Program-made: the position numbers and the translations under genes
Assembly (NCBI GenBank): GCA_037441705.1
Contig: JBBIRR010000011.1
Span: forward strand, 1-64,000
From: Ignavibacteriales bacterium
GTDB lineage: Bacteria > Bacteroidota > Ignavibacteria > UBA10030 > UBA6906
Reading direction: 5' to 3'
DNA length: 64,000 nt
Notes under the pieces: generated by a model
Databases searched by the model: none
Seen by the model: only the letters and a program-made list of their open reading frames with translations
What the model was told of the DNA's origin: nothing
Shown here: one piece after another, positions 39,706-48,977 of the stretch
Numbering within the stretch: position 1 is the first letter of the stretch
How the letters are laid out: each line of letters starts with the position of its first letter

Positions 39706-40542
39706 TCAGTACAACTCAATCTCCGGCACGGCACGAATCAGTCCCTTCTCATATCCTTTCTTGAACAGAAGCTCGAGGGCCTTTTTCCCACTCTCTCCCA
39801 TATCAATCGTCAGCTCACTCACGTACATCTTGACAAACTTCTCTCCAAGCTTCTTGTCTATACCTCGGCCCCACTGCATGGCGTAGGGGATTGATTCTTC
39901 TTGATGCGCGTAGCCGTAAGCGATGCTGTCCTTTAATCCCCGGGATAGTTTTCGCGCCAATTCGGTTCCCAGGTCCTTTCTCACGACGTCGAGTCCCAGC
40001 GGCAGCGGCAATCCGCCGGTCTCGTGCTGCCAGAGTTCTCCGAAATCAACAATCTTGTGATAGCCGAGTGCGCGGTAGGTGATCTGGCCTTCGTGGATAA
40101 GGAGTCCCGCGTCGACGGTTCCGTCGTCCACGGCTTGCATGATCTGATCGAACGGCATGTCGACGTTGCGGATGCCCGTGGTAAAAATCTTGAACAGCAG
40201 CGTTGCCGTTGTCAGCGGGCCCGGCGTGCCGACGGTTTTGCCGTCCAGCTCGGCAAGCGATCGGTATTTGCGCGATACGATCACGGGGCCATACCCTTCG
40301 CCCATGCTCGCGCCGGTTTTCATGATCCAATACCTGTCGGCAACATAGGGGAAGGCGTGTGCGGAGATGGCGGTCACCTCCAGCTCGGCCTTCATCGCTC
40401 GTTCGTTCAGTGACTGGATGTCCTCAAGCAGGTGCTCGATCGTGATTCCATCAAGCATCACCTTCCCGCTTGCAAGTCCATAAAACATGAACGCATCATC
40501 GGGGTCGGGGCTGTGTCCAACGCGAATAATTCGGTTTGTCAT
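39706..40542 (-). CDS. mqnD: 1,4-dihydroxy-6-naphthoate synthase (futalosine menaquinone pathway)
   Basis: 'GHSPDPDDAFMFY', 'SMGEGYGP', 'PGPLTTA', 'LIHEGQITY', 'LPLPLG', 'MYV'. Confidence 0.88.
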   Translation of the reverse strand: MTNRIIRVGHSPDPDDAFMFYGLASGKVMLDGITIEHLLEDIQSLNERAMKAELEVTAISAHAFPYVADRYWIMKTGASMGEGYGPVIVSRKYRSLAELDGKTVGTPGPLTTATLLFKIFTTGIRNVDMPFDQIMQAVDDGTVDAGLLIHEGQITYRALGYHKIVDFGELWQHETGGLPLPLGLDVVRKDLGTELARKLSRGLKDSIAYGYAHQEESIPYAMQWGRGIDKKLGEKFVKMYVSELTIDMGESGKKALELLFKKGYEKGLIRAVPEIELY

Positions 40543-40575
40543 CTTGCAAATGAAATTCTGGTCATAAACACGTGT

Positions 40576-41850
40576 TTAGTCTGCGGGATCGATCCGATAG
40601 ACGACACCCAAGCCGTAATCGGCCACGTACAGTTTGCCAACGGCGTCGCGTCCAAACGTTGAGATCTGAATGGGCCACTGGCCAAGAGCGAGAGCGTCTG
40701 ACGGTGACAGGCGTTCCTCCGTATGCGTCGGCAGCCGCAGTGCCCAGATGCGCCCGGAAATGAAGTCGCCGAAGATGTATAAGCCTTTTAGCATTGCGAA
40801 ATCATCAGCAAGGTAAACGTATCCGCCCGTGATCGAAAGGCCCTCCTCTCGTCCGTACACATAGAACGGCTGCGCAAAGTGCTTTCCGGTACAACCTTCG
40901 GACGTGTCGTACGGTGCAAGCCCCTCGCGGCAGCGCCAGCCGTAGTTTTTTCCTTTCTCGACGATATCAATTTCTTCCCACGCGTTTTGTCCCACATCGG
41001 CAATGATCAGACGGCCCTGCGGGTCGAACGAGTATCGCCACGGATTCCTCAGGCCGGTCGCCCAGATTTCCTGACGAACACCCGCTGCATTCACGAATGG
41101 GTTATCGGCTGGAACGGAGTATGGGGAGTTCACCGTCGGGGTCGGGTCTATGCGCAACATCTTGCCCAGCAGGGTTGCCGTGTTCTGCCCGTTGTTGTGT
41201 GGGTCACCGATCCAACCGCCGTCGCCCCAACCGATGTAAAGATAGCCATCGGGTCCGAACGCAAGCTGCCCCGCGTTGTGATTCTGATACGGCTGCTCGA
41301 CCTCCATCACGGTTCGTATGCGTGCAACGCCGGCCTTCCGTATATCGGCAGGCTGTCGGAGTCGCACTTCCAGCACTCTACTCATCCGGCCTTCTTCAGG
41401 CGTGAGGTTGACGTAGAACAGCGGGGTGTCGGGATATGCCGGATGAAACGTCATTCCCAGCAGTCCTTGCTCCGAGACCGTTGCCACGTCGAATGTCATC
41501 ACCACGCCGCTGTCGGCCGATGTCATGTCGTACCATTTCATTTTTCCTTCCTTCTCGAGCACAACCATCACCTGAGGATTTTTCGGGTCGAATTGAATAT
41601 CCGTCGGTTGATCGAGACCTCGCACGACAGGTATGAGTCTGGCCGGGACTCGCCGCCGCGACGTGTCGGGGCCTGAGAACTCGGCCTTCAGTTCGGGAAT
41701 CGCATCCGGCGGGCCGTAGCTGCCGGAGAACAGATGCGTGAGCGCGCGGCGAATCTCAATGCAACCGACGAATGCCAACGACGCAAGCAGCGTTGTGGTG
41801 ATGACTCGGTTGCGTTGAACGCTGGAATGCTCGCACCAATTCATGATCAT
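40576..41850 (-). CDS. PQQ-dependent glucose/sorbosone dehydrogenase family protein
   Basis: 'EQGLLGMTFHP', 'QPYQNHNAGQLAFGPDGYLYIGWGDGG', 'GLRNPWRYSFD', 'SITGGYVY'. Confidence 0.9.
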   Translation of the reverse strand: MIMNWCEHSSVQRNRVITTTLLASLAFVGCIEIRRALTHLFSGSYGPPDAIPELKAEFSGPDTSRRRVPARLIPVVRGLDQPTDIQFDPKNPQVMVVLEKEGKMKWYDMTSADSGVVMTFDVATVSEQGLLGMTFHPAYPDTPLFYVNLTPEEGRMSRVLEVRLRQPADIRKAGVARIRTVMEVEQPYQNHNAGQLAFGPDGYLYIGWGDGGWIGDPHNNGQNTATLLGKMLRIDPTPTVNSPYSVPADNPFVNAAGVRQEIWATGLRNPWRYSFDPQGRLIIADVGQNAWEEIDIVEKGKNYGWRCREGLAPYDTSEGCTGKHFAQPFYVYGREEGLSITGGYVYLADDFAMLKGLYIFGDFISGRIWALRLPTHTEERLSPSDALALGQWPIQISTFGRDAVGKLYVADYGLGVVYRIDPAD

Positions 41851-41964
41851 CCTCTTGTGCTGAGGACTATGATAACGTGAGGGCGTACGAGATGCAAGCC
41901 GAAAAACCCTGTACGTTCGAGAGGGAGGGGAGTGAGCAAATCAGGTGGATAATTTCCTTCGGCG

Positions 41965-43248
41965 TCAGAAGTCGAACTTGATTCCCACCGTGCCGTACAC
42001 GTAGTTCCGATGTTCCCAGGCGCGCGGTTTGCGGAAGACCACTGCGGAGAACTTGATCTCGCCGTAGAGAAATGGCGGAACAATTTCCGCCCAGCCGATG
42101 AACATGAGCAGGCGGCTGTATTGTGCCGTCACGCGGAAGCGATCGAAGCGATAGTTGCGATACTCGATGCGTATGAACGGGTCAATGAATGATTCGGGTT
42201 CGCCGGCTTTGAAGATGGAATACTTGCCGCCGACTGCCACCGCTTTCCCGAGGTTCACTTTGTGATAGCTTGCCCCGAGATGAACGTTCAAGTTCTGTCG
42301 CTTCTCGTCGAAGAGGAAGTCGAACGCGTAGTATCCTTGCACGATGGCAGAAATGTAGTAGAGGCTATCGAGGTTGCTCGTGTAGTACTCATCGCGTCGA
42401 CCCGAAAGGCCGCCGAAGGCAAAGCGTCCGCCAAGTGCAGCGTACGGAAACGATTCCGATGCGATGCGGATGGTTTCCCACTCGAATTCAAATTCACCCA
42501 CAATCCCGTCGCTGCCGTTGAGCAATCGGGTTGTGCTGGTAAGGACCTGCGGCTGTCCGGGCTCGGCTCGATCAATGCCGCCGTTGATGGGAACCCACGC
42601 GCCGAGTTTGATGGACTTGTACATGCCCATGAGCCACGTATTGCCCGTCGCCCAGAAGGGATAGCCCAGTTCATCTTCACCGATACGACCCACCACACCC
42701 CAGTCGTTGCCGAAGCGCAGCGACGCACCGAACAGAGAGATGTCGGCCGAGACCCAATCCGGCTTCGTGGGATGTGCCATCGGGTTCGATTCCTCGGAGA
42801 CGCGGCTTTTCAGACCGAACGGCGGTTCGTTGCGCCGCGCTTCTTCCATCAGGTCGGTTTTCAAGTCGCGTGCAAGCAGCGTCTGTGCGTACAGCTTGCC
42901 GTACGAGACGTTGCCGATGCGGATGTCGGTGATCGTTTGCGAATCGGGATTGGCAATGATGATGATCTTGTCGTCTTTGGAGAATTGCTTGCCGCGGTTT
43001 CGGAACGCAGCGTAGACGCGCAATTTCAAATTCGGCTCGTTCATCTCCCAGCGCGGGAAAGACGGCGCATACGCACTGTCCACGAGATTCAGTTCGGCGA
43101 GGATGCGCTCGAGAGATTGCAGGTCGGCACGTGCCGCTTCCACTTTTGCAACGAGCGAGTCATAGCTGGACTGTCCACGGACCGGCAGCGTGCCTGCGAG
43201 ACCGAGCGCAAGAAGGGGGAGAAGGCGGAGAAGGGCGAATCGTTTCAT
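41965..43248 (-). CDS. Hypothetical exported protein, putative outer-membrane beta-barrel (paralog 2)
   Basis: Signal peptide 'MKRFALLRLLPLLALGLAG'; N-terminal coiled coil; amphipathic aromatic strands; ends 'GIKFDF'. Confidence 0.7.
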   Translation of the reverse strand: MKRFALLRLLPLLALGLAGTLPVRGQSSYDSLVAKVEAARADLQSLERILAELNLVDSAYAPSFPRWEMNEPNLKLRVYAAFRNRGKQFSKDDKIIIIANPDSQTITDIRIGNVSYGKLYAQTLLARDLKTDLMEEARRNEPPFGLKSRVSEESNPMAHPTKPDWVSADISLFGASLRFGNDWGVVGRIGEDELGYPFWATGNTWLMGMYKSIKLGAWVPINGGIDRAEPGQPQVLTSTTRLLNGSDGIVGEFEFEWETIRIASESFPYAALGGRFAFGGLSGRRDEYYTSNLDSLYYISAIVQGYYAFDFLFDEKRQNLNVHLGASYHKVNLGKAVAVGGKYSIFKAGEPESFIDPFIRIEYRNYRFDRFRVTAQYSRLLMFIGWAEIVPPFLYGEIKFSAVVFRKPRAWEHRNYVYGTVGIKFDF

Positions 43249-43263
43249 GAGTGCGTCCACGTT

Positions 43264-44673
43264 CTACAAGCTGAAGGTATAAGGAATTGCCACCGTGAAG
43301 AAGTACGGCGGCTCCCACGCATGACGCGAGCGCGTGATAAGGGTGGAGAACTTTGCCTCGACGCGCAGCTGCTGCGGGATGATCTCCATCCACAGGCTTC
43401 CCAATGCCCAATCACGGAAATACTGAAGACTTGCACCGAACCTCCGCGCAAATTGCTGGTTCATGTACTCCGCCTTCCCGTACGGACTCCAGAAGAACCG
43501 GTTCTCGAACGGTGCCAGTTCCACCGTCCGACCGCCGCTGCGGAGTTGTTCGTCAATCCCGATATACTCCCCGCCCAGCCCAACCTTCATGCGCAAGAGG
43601 TTTGCGGTGTTGTTGATGTTGACGGTGAACGAATACCACACCGTGCCTGCGCCTTTGATCGTGTAGACGAACGCCGTGTCGGGAAACGTACCATCGTGAT
43701 CCGAACGCGGAAAGCCGATCAACAACGAACCGCCGGCGAACGCCCAGTCGAACTCTGCCGTGACGCCGTAGGTGCCGGAAAGCTGGCGCGGCTTCCAGAT
43801 AGAGCTGAGCGACCCGCTGCTGGCCGTGCCCCATTTGAACGGGATGTGCCCGCCGATTTTCAGTTGATTGTACAGCACAAAGAAATTCAAGTTGCCGGAG
43901 GTCCAGAACGGGTGTGCGATTTCCTCGTCGCCGATGCGAGCTTCGATGCCCCACATATCTCCGAACCGTATGCGAATGTCGTCGAAGAGGCGCAGGGTGA
44001 CGATCGTTTCGGTCTTGTAGTCGGGGTTGCCAAAACTATACCGATCGAACGCGTGAAGAACACTGTCGGCCTCCTTGACCAGTTTCGGCGCACTGAGGTC
44101 GGCGATGCGGAACTTCCGATCGATCAGCTCTTTGTCTTCGCTGTACTCGCGACTCTCGAGGATCTGGCGATACATCCCGCGCTCGGGCTTCTTATCGAGT
44201 GCCTCGCGCAGACGCTGCCCTTTGCGCTCTTTGCTATTGCCGGAAAAGTAGATAGCAACAAGGTCGGTGGAAGGCTCCGGTGTGGCGATCACCTGAATGT
44301 CGCCGCGACTTTCCAGAAAGCTCGAATCGTTGTCCGACACCTCGAAGAAGTACTGAGAGATCGTGTCGTTCAATGCGTCCGAAAGGGGGATGACCCACGA
44401 ACGAAGCCGCGTGAAGTAGTAGGATTGCGGACCGAATGTGACTTTGTCCAACACGCTCTGCAGCCGTTCGGTACGCTGCCGCAGCGCCCGTAAGGTGTCC
44501 ATGAGCGCAGTCAGAGAATCCTGCTGTCCCATCTGAATGTGTTGCGTGGGACCGGGCTCAGCAACCGACGAACCAGACGCCCCCGGAGGTTGATTCGGTG
44601 CAGCAAACGCCGCGCAAGTTGCCACAAGAAGATACAGCGGTATCGAGAAGAAGGAACTCGTCCGGGTATGCAT
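43264..44673 (-). CDS. Hypothetical exported protein, putative outer-membrane beta-barrel (paralog 1)
   Basis: Signal peptide ending 'AFA'; N-terminal coiled coil; shares RFGxxWGxxxRIGxxExxxPFWxxGN and KFS...R...AWE with the neighbour; ends 'IPYTFSL'. Confidence 0.7.
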   Translation of the reverse strand: MHTRTSSFFSIPLYLLVATCAAFAAPNQPPGASGSSVAEPGPTQHIQMGQQDSLTALMDTLRALRQRTERLQSVLDKVTFGPQSYYFTRLRSWVIPLSDALNDTISQYFFEVSDNDSSFLESRGDIQVIATPEPSTDLVAIYFSGNSKERKGQRLREALDKKPERGMYRQILESREYSEDKELIDRKFRIADLSAPKLVKEADSVLHAFDRYSFGNPDYKTETIVTLRLFDDIRIRFGDMWGIEARIGDEEIAHPFWTSGNLNFFVLYNQLKIGGHIPFKWGTASSGSLSSIWKPRQLSGTYGVTAEFDWAFAGGSLLIGFPRSDHDGTFPDTAFVYTIKGAGTVWYSFTVNINNTANLLRMKVGLGGEYIGIDEQLRSGGRTVELAPFENRFFWSPYGKAEYMNQQFARRFGASLQYFRDWALGSLWMEIIPQQLRVEAKFSTLITRSRHAWEPPYFFTVAIPYTFSL

Positions 44674-44687
44674 GATGGCAGTGGCTC

Positions 44688-46028
44688 TCAGTAAAGGATT
44701 GATTGCGTGATCTGGTCGGTACGTGAGCCGCCGATTCCTGTCACCGTGATTTTGATCTTGATTGCAGCGGGGCGAGTTGCAAGAAGATTCTGAACAATAA
44801 GCGTAAAGGCCTTCCCTCTGCGCGTATCCAATCGCGAAATAATTCCTTCGGGCTGGATGACCGACGCACTTTCAACGGTCACGTCGTTGTTGCCCACATC
44901 GGAGCTGGTGAACTTGAACTGGTACTCGCTCCCGTTCCATGTGGAGCCTGCAAGTTTGATCTGCGGCGGAACAGGCTTCTTGACCGGAATTTCTTTCCGC
45001 AGCATCTCCGTCTGAATCGTCGAGAGAGCACGGAACGTCAAGCTCGTCCACGTCCGCTCGGGTTTGAACACGAAGGGAAACTCGACCGCAGAGACGGTTT
45101 TGACGGGGATGGAGCCGTTGGCGAGAATCTCGATGGTGAACTTGTTCGCGTCAAGCCCGCGGATGCCGCTGGCGTAGGTGAACGGGACGTCCCAGTAGGC
45201 TTCGGCCTGAGGTTCCGGATCCCATCGCGGCGGTGCGACGGATAGGGTGAATGTTGCTGAGGCATTTTCCAGATGTGCCTCGGCGCCGCGATTGGCGTGC
45301 GCGTTCACCGTAACGGCAATGGGTGTGCTCGTCACCATCGGGTTTGCCCATTCCAATCGTATCCTGCCGACATCTTTCACAATCGTGAAGCGAGGATCGG
45401 AACACGAGAACGAGACGATATCCGGCGTTGGCCCGCCGACGTAGATATTCTTGACGTAGGGCGACCCGACGATCCACCTATCATCGCGCGGCGGTTCGAC
45501 GTTGAGCGTTAACTGCGGAGGCGGCGCGCCGGCTCCCTCGACTTTGAGCGTGAATTGGACGGGCTTGGTGGTCAGCGGGATTTCATCGCCTAACTGTCGC
45601 ATGATCAGTTCGCGCACCGACTCCGGTAGATCACGAGGAAGCCCGCGGTTGACATCGGCCACGACACGCAGCCGGTACAAACCCTTCTCCACCATCTTGC
45701 CCGAGAGAATGCCATTGCCTTCGTCATCCTTTACGATCTCGGGCGTGAGTCCATCGGGGAACGCGCCGTCCACGGGTTTGAGGTCGTACTTGATGCTTTG
45801 TTTCTCCGCGTCGGTTTCCAGCCCGCGGACGCGTATCAACGCGCGGCTGCTGTCTTTGGTAAACCAGATCAGTGTGTCGGGGACCTGCAGCTCAGGCGCT
45901 TCGGAAATCTTCTTGACAAGAATCTCTGCGATCTCGCGCTGTGCGTCGTCGCGTTCGGTGATAACGTCCAGCAAACTCACCAGCGCGACCAGATAGAGAA
46001 CGAAATAGAATGACGTCTTCTGCTTCAT
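44688..46028 (-). CDS. Single-pass membrane protein with a large beta-rich periplasmic region (GldM/PorM-like)
   Basis: N-terminus 'MKQKTSFYFVLYLVALVSLLDV' resembles the GldM 'RQKMINxMYLVxxAxLALNV' helix; Pro-rich linkers separate ~4 Ig-like segments. Confidence 0.6.
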   Translation of the reverse strand: MKQKTSFYFVLYLVALVSLLDVITERDDAQREIAEILVKKISEAPELQVPDTLIWFTKDSSRALIRVRGLETDAEKQSIKYDLKPVDGAFPDGLTPEIVKDDEGNGILSGKMVEKGLYRLRVVADVNRGLPRDLPESVRELIMRQLGDEIPLTTKPVQFTLKVEGAGAPPPQLTLNVEPPRDDRWIVGSPYVKNIYVGGPTPDIVSFSCSDPRFTIVKDVGRIRLEWANPMVTSTPIAVTVNAHANRGAEAHLENASATFTLSVAPPRWDPEPQAEAYWDVPFTYASGIRGLDANKFTIEILANGSIPVKTVSAVEFPFVFKPERTWTSLTFRALSTIQTEMLRKEIPVKKPVPPQIKLAGSTWNGSEYQFKFTSSDVGNNDVTVESASVIQPEGIISRLDTRRGKAFTLIVQNLLATRPAAIKIKITVTGIGGSRTDQITQSILY

Positions 46029-46067
46029 CGGACTGTTCCCCTGGGTACAGTGATCTTCACGGCCGGC

Positions 46068-46838
46068 TTACGCGTTCGAAGTGCGGTTTTCCTGGAGGGA
46101 CTTGTGAACTTCCTGCCGTACCATGGAGGCGAAGACTTCCTGGACTTTCAACTGCACAACCCGTTCGATTTCATTCTCCACGACCTTGCCGATGTGCGAT
46201 TCGATGCGCTGCAGCACGCGGAGCGCCTCTGCCTCTGCATCGATCAATTCGCTTCGCAGCGTGTTGTACATCTGATGCTGGTCGGCGAGGAGATCGTTGG
46301 TCTTTGCAATGTGGGCCTCGGTTCGCTGCAGCGTTCGCAGCGCTTCGCTTTCGGCGTTAATCATCTCATTGCGCAGCACGTTGTACATTTCGCGCTGGCT
46401 GGTGAGGAGCTCGTTGCGCAGCACGTTGATCAGCTCGCGCTGCGTGCCGGCAACATCATTTTTCAAGATGCGAATCATCTCGTTCTCGCCGGTGACGATG
46501 TCGCGCTTGAGGAGTTGGAGAATCTCTTTTTCGCCGGAGAGAATCTGGCTGTCGGTGGAAGGAGCTGCGCCCCCTTTCTCTTCAGGCGTGAGGTAATACA
46601 CCGCCGCAATCATCAGAAGGAGAGCCGCCTCCAGCGCCAACGCCCCAATCACAACCCAGGAAGGTATCTGTCGCCCGTAAATAGACCGAAGACCGATGAT
46701 CACAACGAGGGCAGAAGCTCCGCCGTATGCCAGGCCCTGAACTTTGTTTGTATAGCGGACGATGCCGCTCTGCCCATTGGTGGCATAGGAAATCGGTGGT
46801 GCAGTCTGGCCCCCGACGACAACTCGTTGCGTCTCCAT
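46068..46838 (-). CDS. Two-TM protein with cytoplasmic coiled coil (GldL/PorL-like)
   Basis: TM1 'AYGGASALVVIIGLR', TM2 'IGALALEAALLLMIA' with intramembrane Glu70, then 'TPEE' and a long helical repeat tail. Confidence 0.65.
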   Translation of the reverse strand: METQRVVVGGQTAPPISYATNGQSGIVRYTNKVQGLAYGGASALVVIIGLRSIYGRQIPSWVVIGALALEAALLLMIAAVYYLTPEEKGGAAPSTDSQILSGEKEILQLLKRDIVTGENEMIRILKNDVAGTQRELINVLRNELLTSQREMYNVLRNEMINAESEALRTLQRTEAHIAKTNDLLADQHQMYNTLRSELIDAEAEALRVLQRIESHIGKVVENEIERVVQLKVQEVFASMVRQEVHKSLQENRTSNA

Positions 46839-46911
46839 GTGAGGTCCCCTCGTGTGTTGCTGTTGTAGACGTAAAAAATTTCCGATACTGCCAGCACAAA
46901 AAACTCAGAGG

Positions 46912-46939
46912 AATATAGCAAAATCCCCCAATTTATCAA
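46912..46939 (-). promoter_or_regulatory. Promoter of the four-gene gldL/gldM-like operon
   Basis: Minus strand TTGATA-16-TATATT with extended -10 TGn, in an AT-rich gap. Confidence 0.6.
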
Positions 46940-47005
46940 ATGCAATTGCTTCCTACTTTGCGCGCTGTATTGCCGAACACTGGTTCGGGCCGCGAGCGAC
47001 TATCG

Positions 47006-48403
47006 CTAAAGGATGTAACGACTTAAGTCTCTATTCTTGGCGATGTTGGAGAGCTTGCTTTGCACCATTTCGCGATTCACGACGATCTTCTTTTCCTGAA
47101 TCTCATCCGGTGCGTTGAACAGGATGTCGTCTAGCAGTGACGTCATGATGGTATGCAAGCGTCGGGCACCGATGTTCTCGACGTTCTCGTTTACCTCGCT
47201 GGCGATTTTAGCGATCTCCTTGATTCCGTCGTCGGTGAATTCCACCTCCACGCCTTCGGTGGCGATCAGGGCTGCGTACTGTTTGATCAGGGCGTTCTGC
47301 GGCATGGTAAGAATCTTGACGAAGTCTTCCTCTGTTAGACTGTTCAACTCGACGCGGATGGGAAAGCGCCCTTGCAATTCGGGAATCAGGTCGGATGGCT
47401 TGGAGACGTGAAAGGCACCCGATGCGATGAAGAGGATGTGATCCGTCCGAACCATCCCGTACTTGGTCATGACGTTCGAACCTTCGACAATGGGCAGAAG
47501 GTCGCGCTGGACACCTTCCCGCGACACGTCGGGACCCACGGTGGATTTGCTGCCCGCAATCTTGTCGATCTCGTCAAGGAAGACGATGCCGGAGTTCTCG
47601 ACGCGTTGCAGCGCTTCTTTGATTGCAGCATCGTGATCAATGAGTTTCTTTGCTTCCTCGTTGGTGAGGATGACGCGCGCCTCGGCGATCGTCACTTTCC
47701 GTTTCTTCAGTTTCTTCGGCATGAGGCCGCCGAACATCTCCTGAAGGTTCACGCCGATCTCTTCAAGATTCATCGGGCCGATCACCTGCATCAGCGGCAT
47801 GTCGCTGGCGGGGATATCAATCTCGACGACGCGGTCCTCGAGCTTTCCCTCGCGCAGCTTCTGGCGGAGTTTCTCGCGCGTCGCGTGCGCATCTTCTCGT
47901 TCATCCGCGGTTGCATTTTCCTCCGCTTCATGACCGACTCGTTTGCGCGTCGAAGGGAAAAGGATATCGAGAAGCCGCTCTTCACACAGGTCGCGAGCCT
48001 TGTCGTACACTTCAGCGCGTTTTTCCTCCTTCACCATGTTCACGGCGTACTCGGTCAGATCCCGGATAATGGATTCGACGTCACGGCCGACGTAGCCGAC
48101 CTCCGTGAATTTCGAGGCCTCGACCTTGATGAACGGCGCGTCGGCGAGTTTTGCAAGCCGACGCGCTATCTCCGTTTTCCCTACACCCGTCGGGCCGATC
48201 ATGATGATGTTGTTCGGCATGATCTCTTCGCGCAGCGCTGCCGGGACCTGCAATCGCCGCCACCGATTCCGGAGGGCGATGGCAACGGACTTCTTGGCAT
48301 TCTGCTGCCCGATGATGTACTTATCCAGCTCGCGAACGATCTGATGCGGGGTTAGCTCACGCGAGCGATCGGTGGGTGTGACTTTGGAGTGTTGATTCTT
48401 CAT
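47006..48403 (-). CDS. hslU: ATP-dependent protease ATPase subunit HslU
   Basis: 'ALRNRWRR', '[15 protein letters not shown]', '[12 protein letters not shown]', '[12 protein letters not shown]', 'ENIGARRL'. Confidence 0.97.
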   Translation of the reverse strand: MKNQHSKVTPTDRSRELTPHQIVRELDKYIIGQQNAKKSVAIALRNRWRRLQVPAALREEIMPNNIIMIGPTGVGKTEIARRLAKLADAPFIKVEASKFTEVGYVGRDVESIIRDLTEYAVNMVKEEKRAEVYDKARDLCEERLLDILFPSTRKRVGHEAEENATADEREDAHATREKLRQKLREGKLEDRVVEIDIPASDMPLMQVIGPMNLEEIGVNLQEMFGGLMPKKLKKRKVTIAEARVILTNEEAKKLIDHDAAIKEALQRVENSGIVFLDEIDKIAGSKSTVGPDVSREGVQRDLLPIVEGSNVMTKYGMVRTDHILFIASGAFHVSKPSDLIPELQGRFPIRVELNSLTEEDFVKILTMPQNALIKQYAALIATEGVEVEFTDDGIKEIAKIASEVNENVENIGARRLHTIMTSLLDDILFNAPDEIQEKKIVVNREMVQSKLSNIAKNRDLSRYIL

Positions 48404-48407
48404 GCGC

Positions 48408-48944
48408 CTACAATTCTTCGATCGTCAAATTCGTGTTGGTATAAATGCAGATCTCGCCGGCTGTTCGCAACGCTTCCTCGACAATCTGGCGTGCGGAGAG
48501 CGACGAATGCTTCACCAGCATGCGCGCAGCGGCGAGGGCGTAGCTGCCGCCGGAACCGATGGCGACGATGCCGTCGTCCGGCTCGATCAATTCTCCGGTT
48601 CCTGAGATAATGAGGCCGCGTTCCTTATCCAGAACAGCAAGCAGCGCGTCGAGGTGACGGAGATACTTGTCCGTGCGCCATTCCTTGGCAAGCTCCACGG
48701 CCGAACGCTCAAGGTTCCCGTGATATTTTTCCAGATAGTCTTCGAATTTTGTGAACAGGGTGAACGCGTCGGCAGCTGCGCCGGCAAAGCCGGCGAGAAC
48801 GGAATCGTTGTACAGCTTGCGAACCTTCTTCGCTCCCTGTTTCATGACCGTGGTCCCGACGGTGACCTGCCCGTCGGCGCCGAGGACGGACTTGCCGTTG
48901 AGAGTAAGGCCGATGACTGTTGTGGCTCGAATGCGTTCGGGCAT
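48408..48944 (-). CDS. hslV: ATP-dependent protease subunit HslV
   Basis: 'ATTVI', 'DGQVT', 'GFAGAAADA', 'IGSGG', 'ICIYTN'. Confidence 0.97.
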   Translation of the reverse strand: MPERIRATTVIGLTLNGKSVLGADGQVTVGTTVMKQGAKKVRKLYNDSVLAGFAGAAADAFTLFTKFEDYLEKYHGNLERSAVELAKEWRTDKYLRHLDALLAVLDKERGLIISGTGELIEPDDGIVAIGSGGSYALAAARMLVKHSSLSARQIVEEALRTAGEICIYTNTNLTIEEL

Positions 48945-48977
48945 GAGGGGATCTGCTCGTTGCGTGGGGATGTTGGG

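Noticed and set aside
42262-44493. 743-aa plus-strand ORF
   Set aside because: Antisense shadow of two minus-strand genes that have signal peptides and mutual paralogy; no motifs of its own.
44688-46838. MotA/MotB, ExbB/ExbD or ZorA/ZorB assignment for the membrane pair
   Set aside because: Only two TMs in the L-like protein, no OmpA-like peptidoglycan-binding domain, and the TM motifs match GldL/GldM better. Not formally excluded without a profile search.
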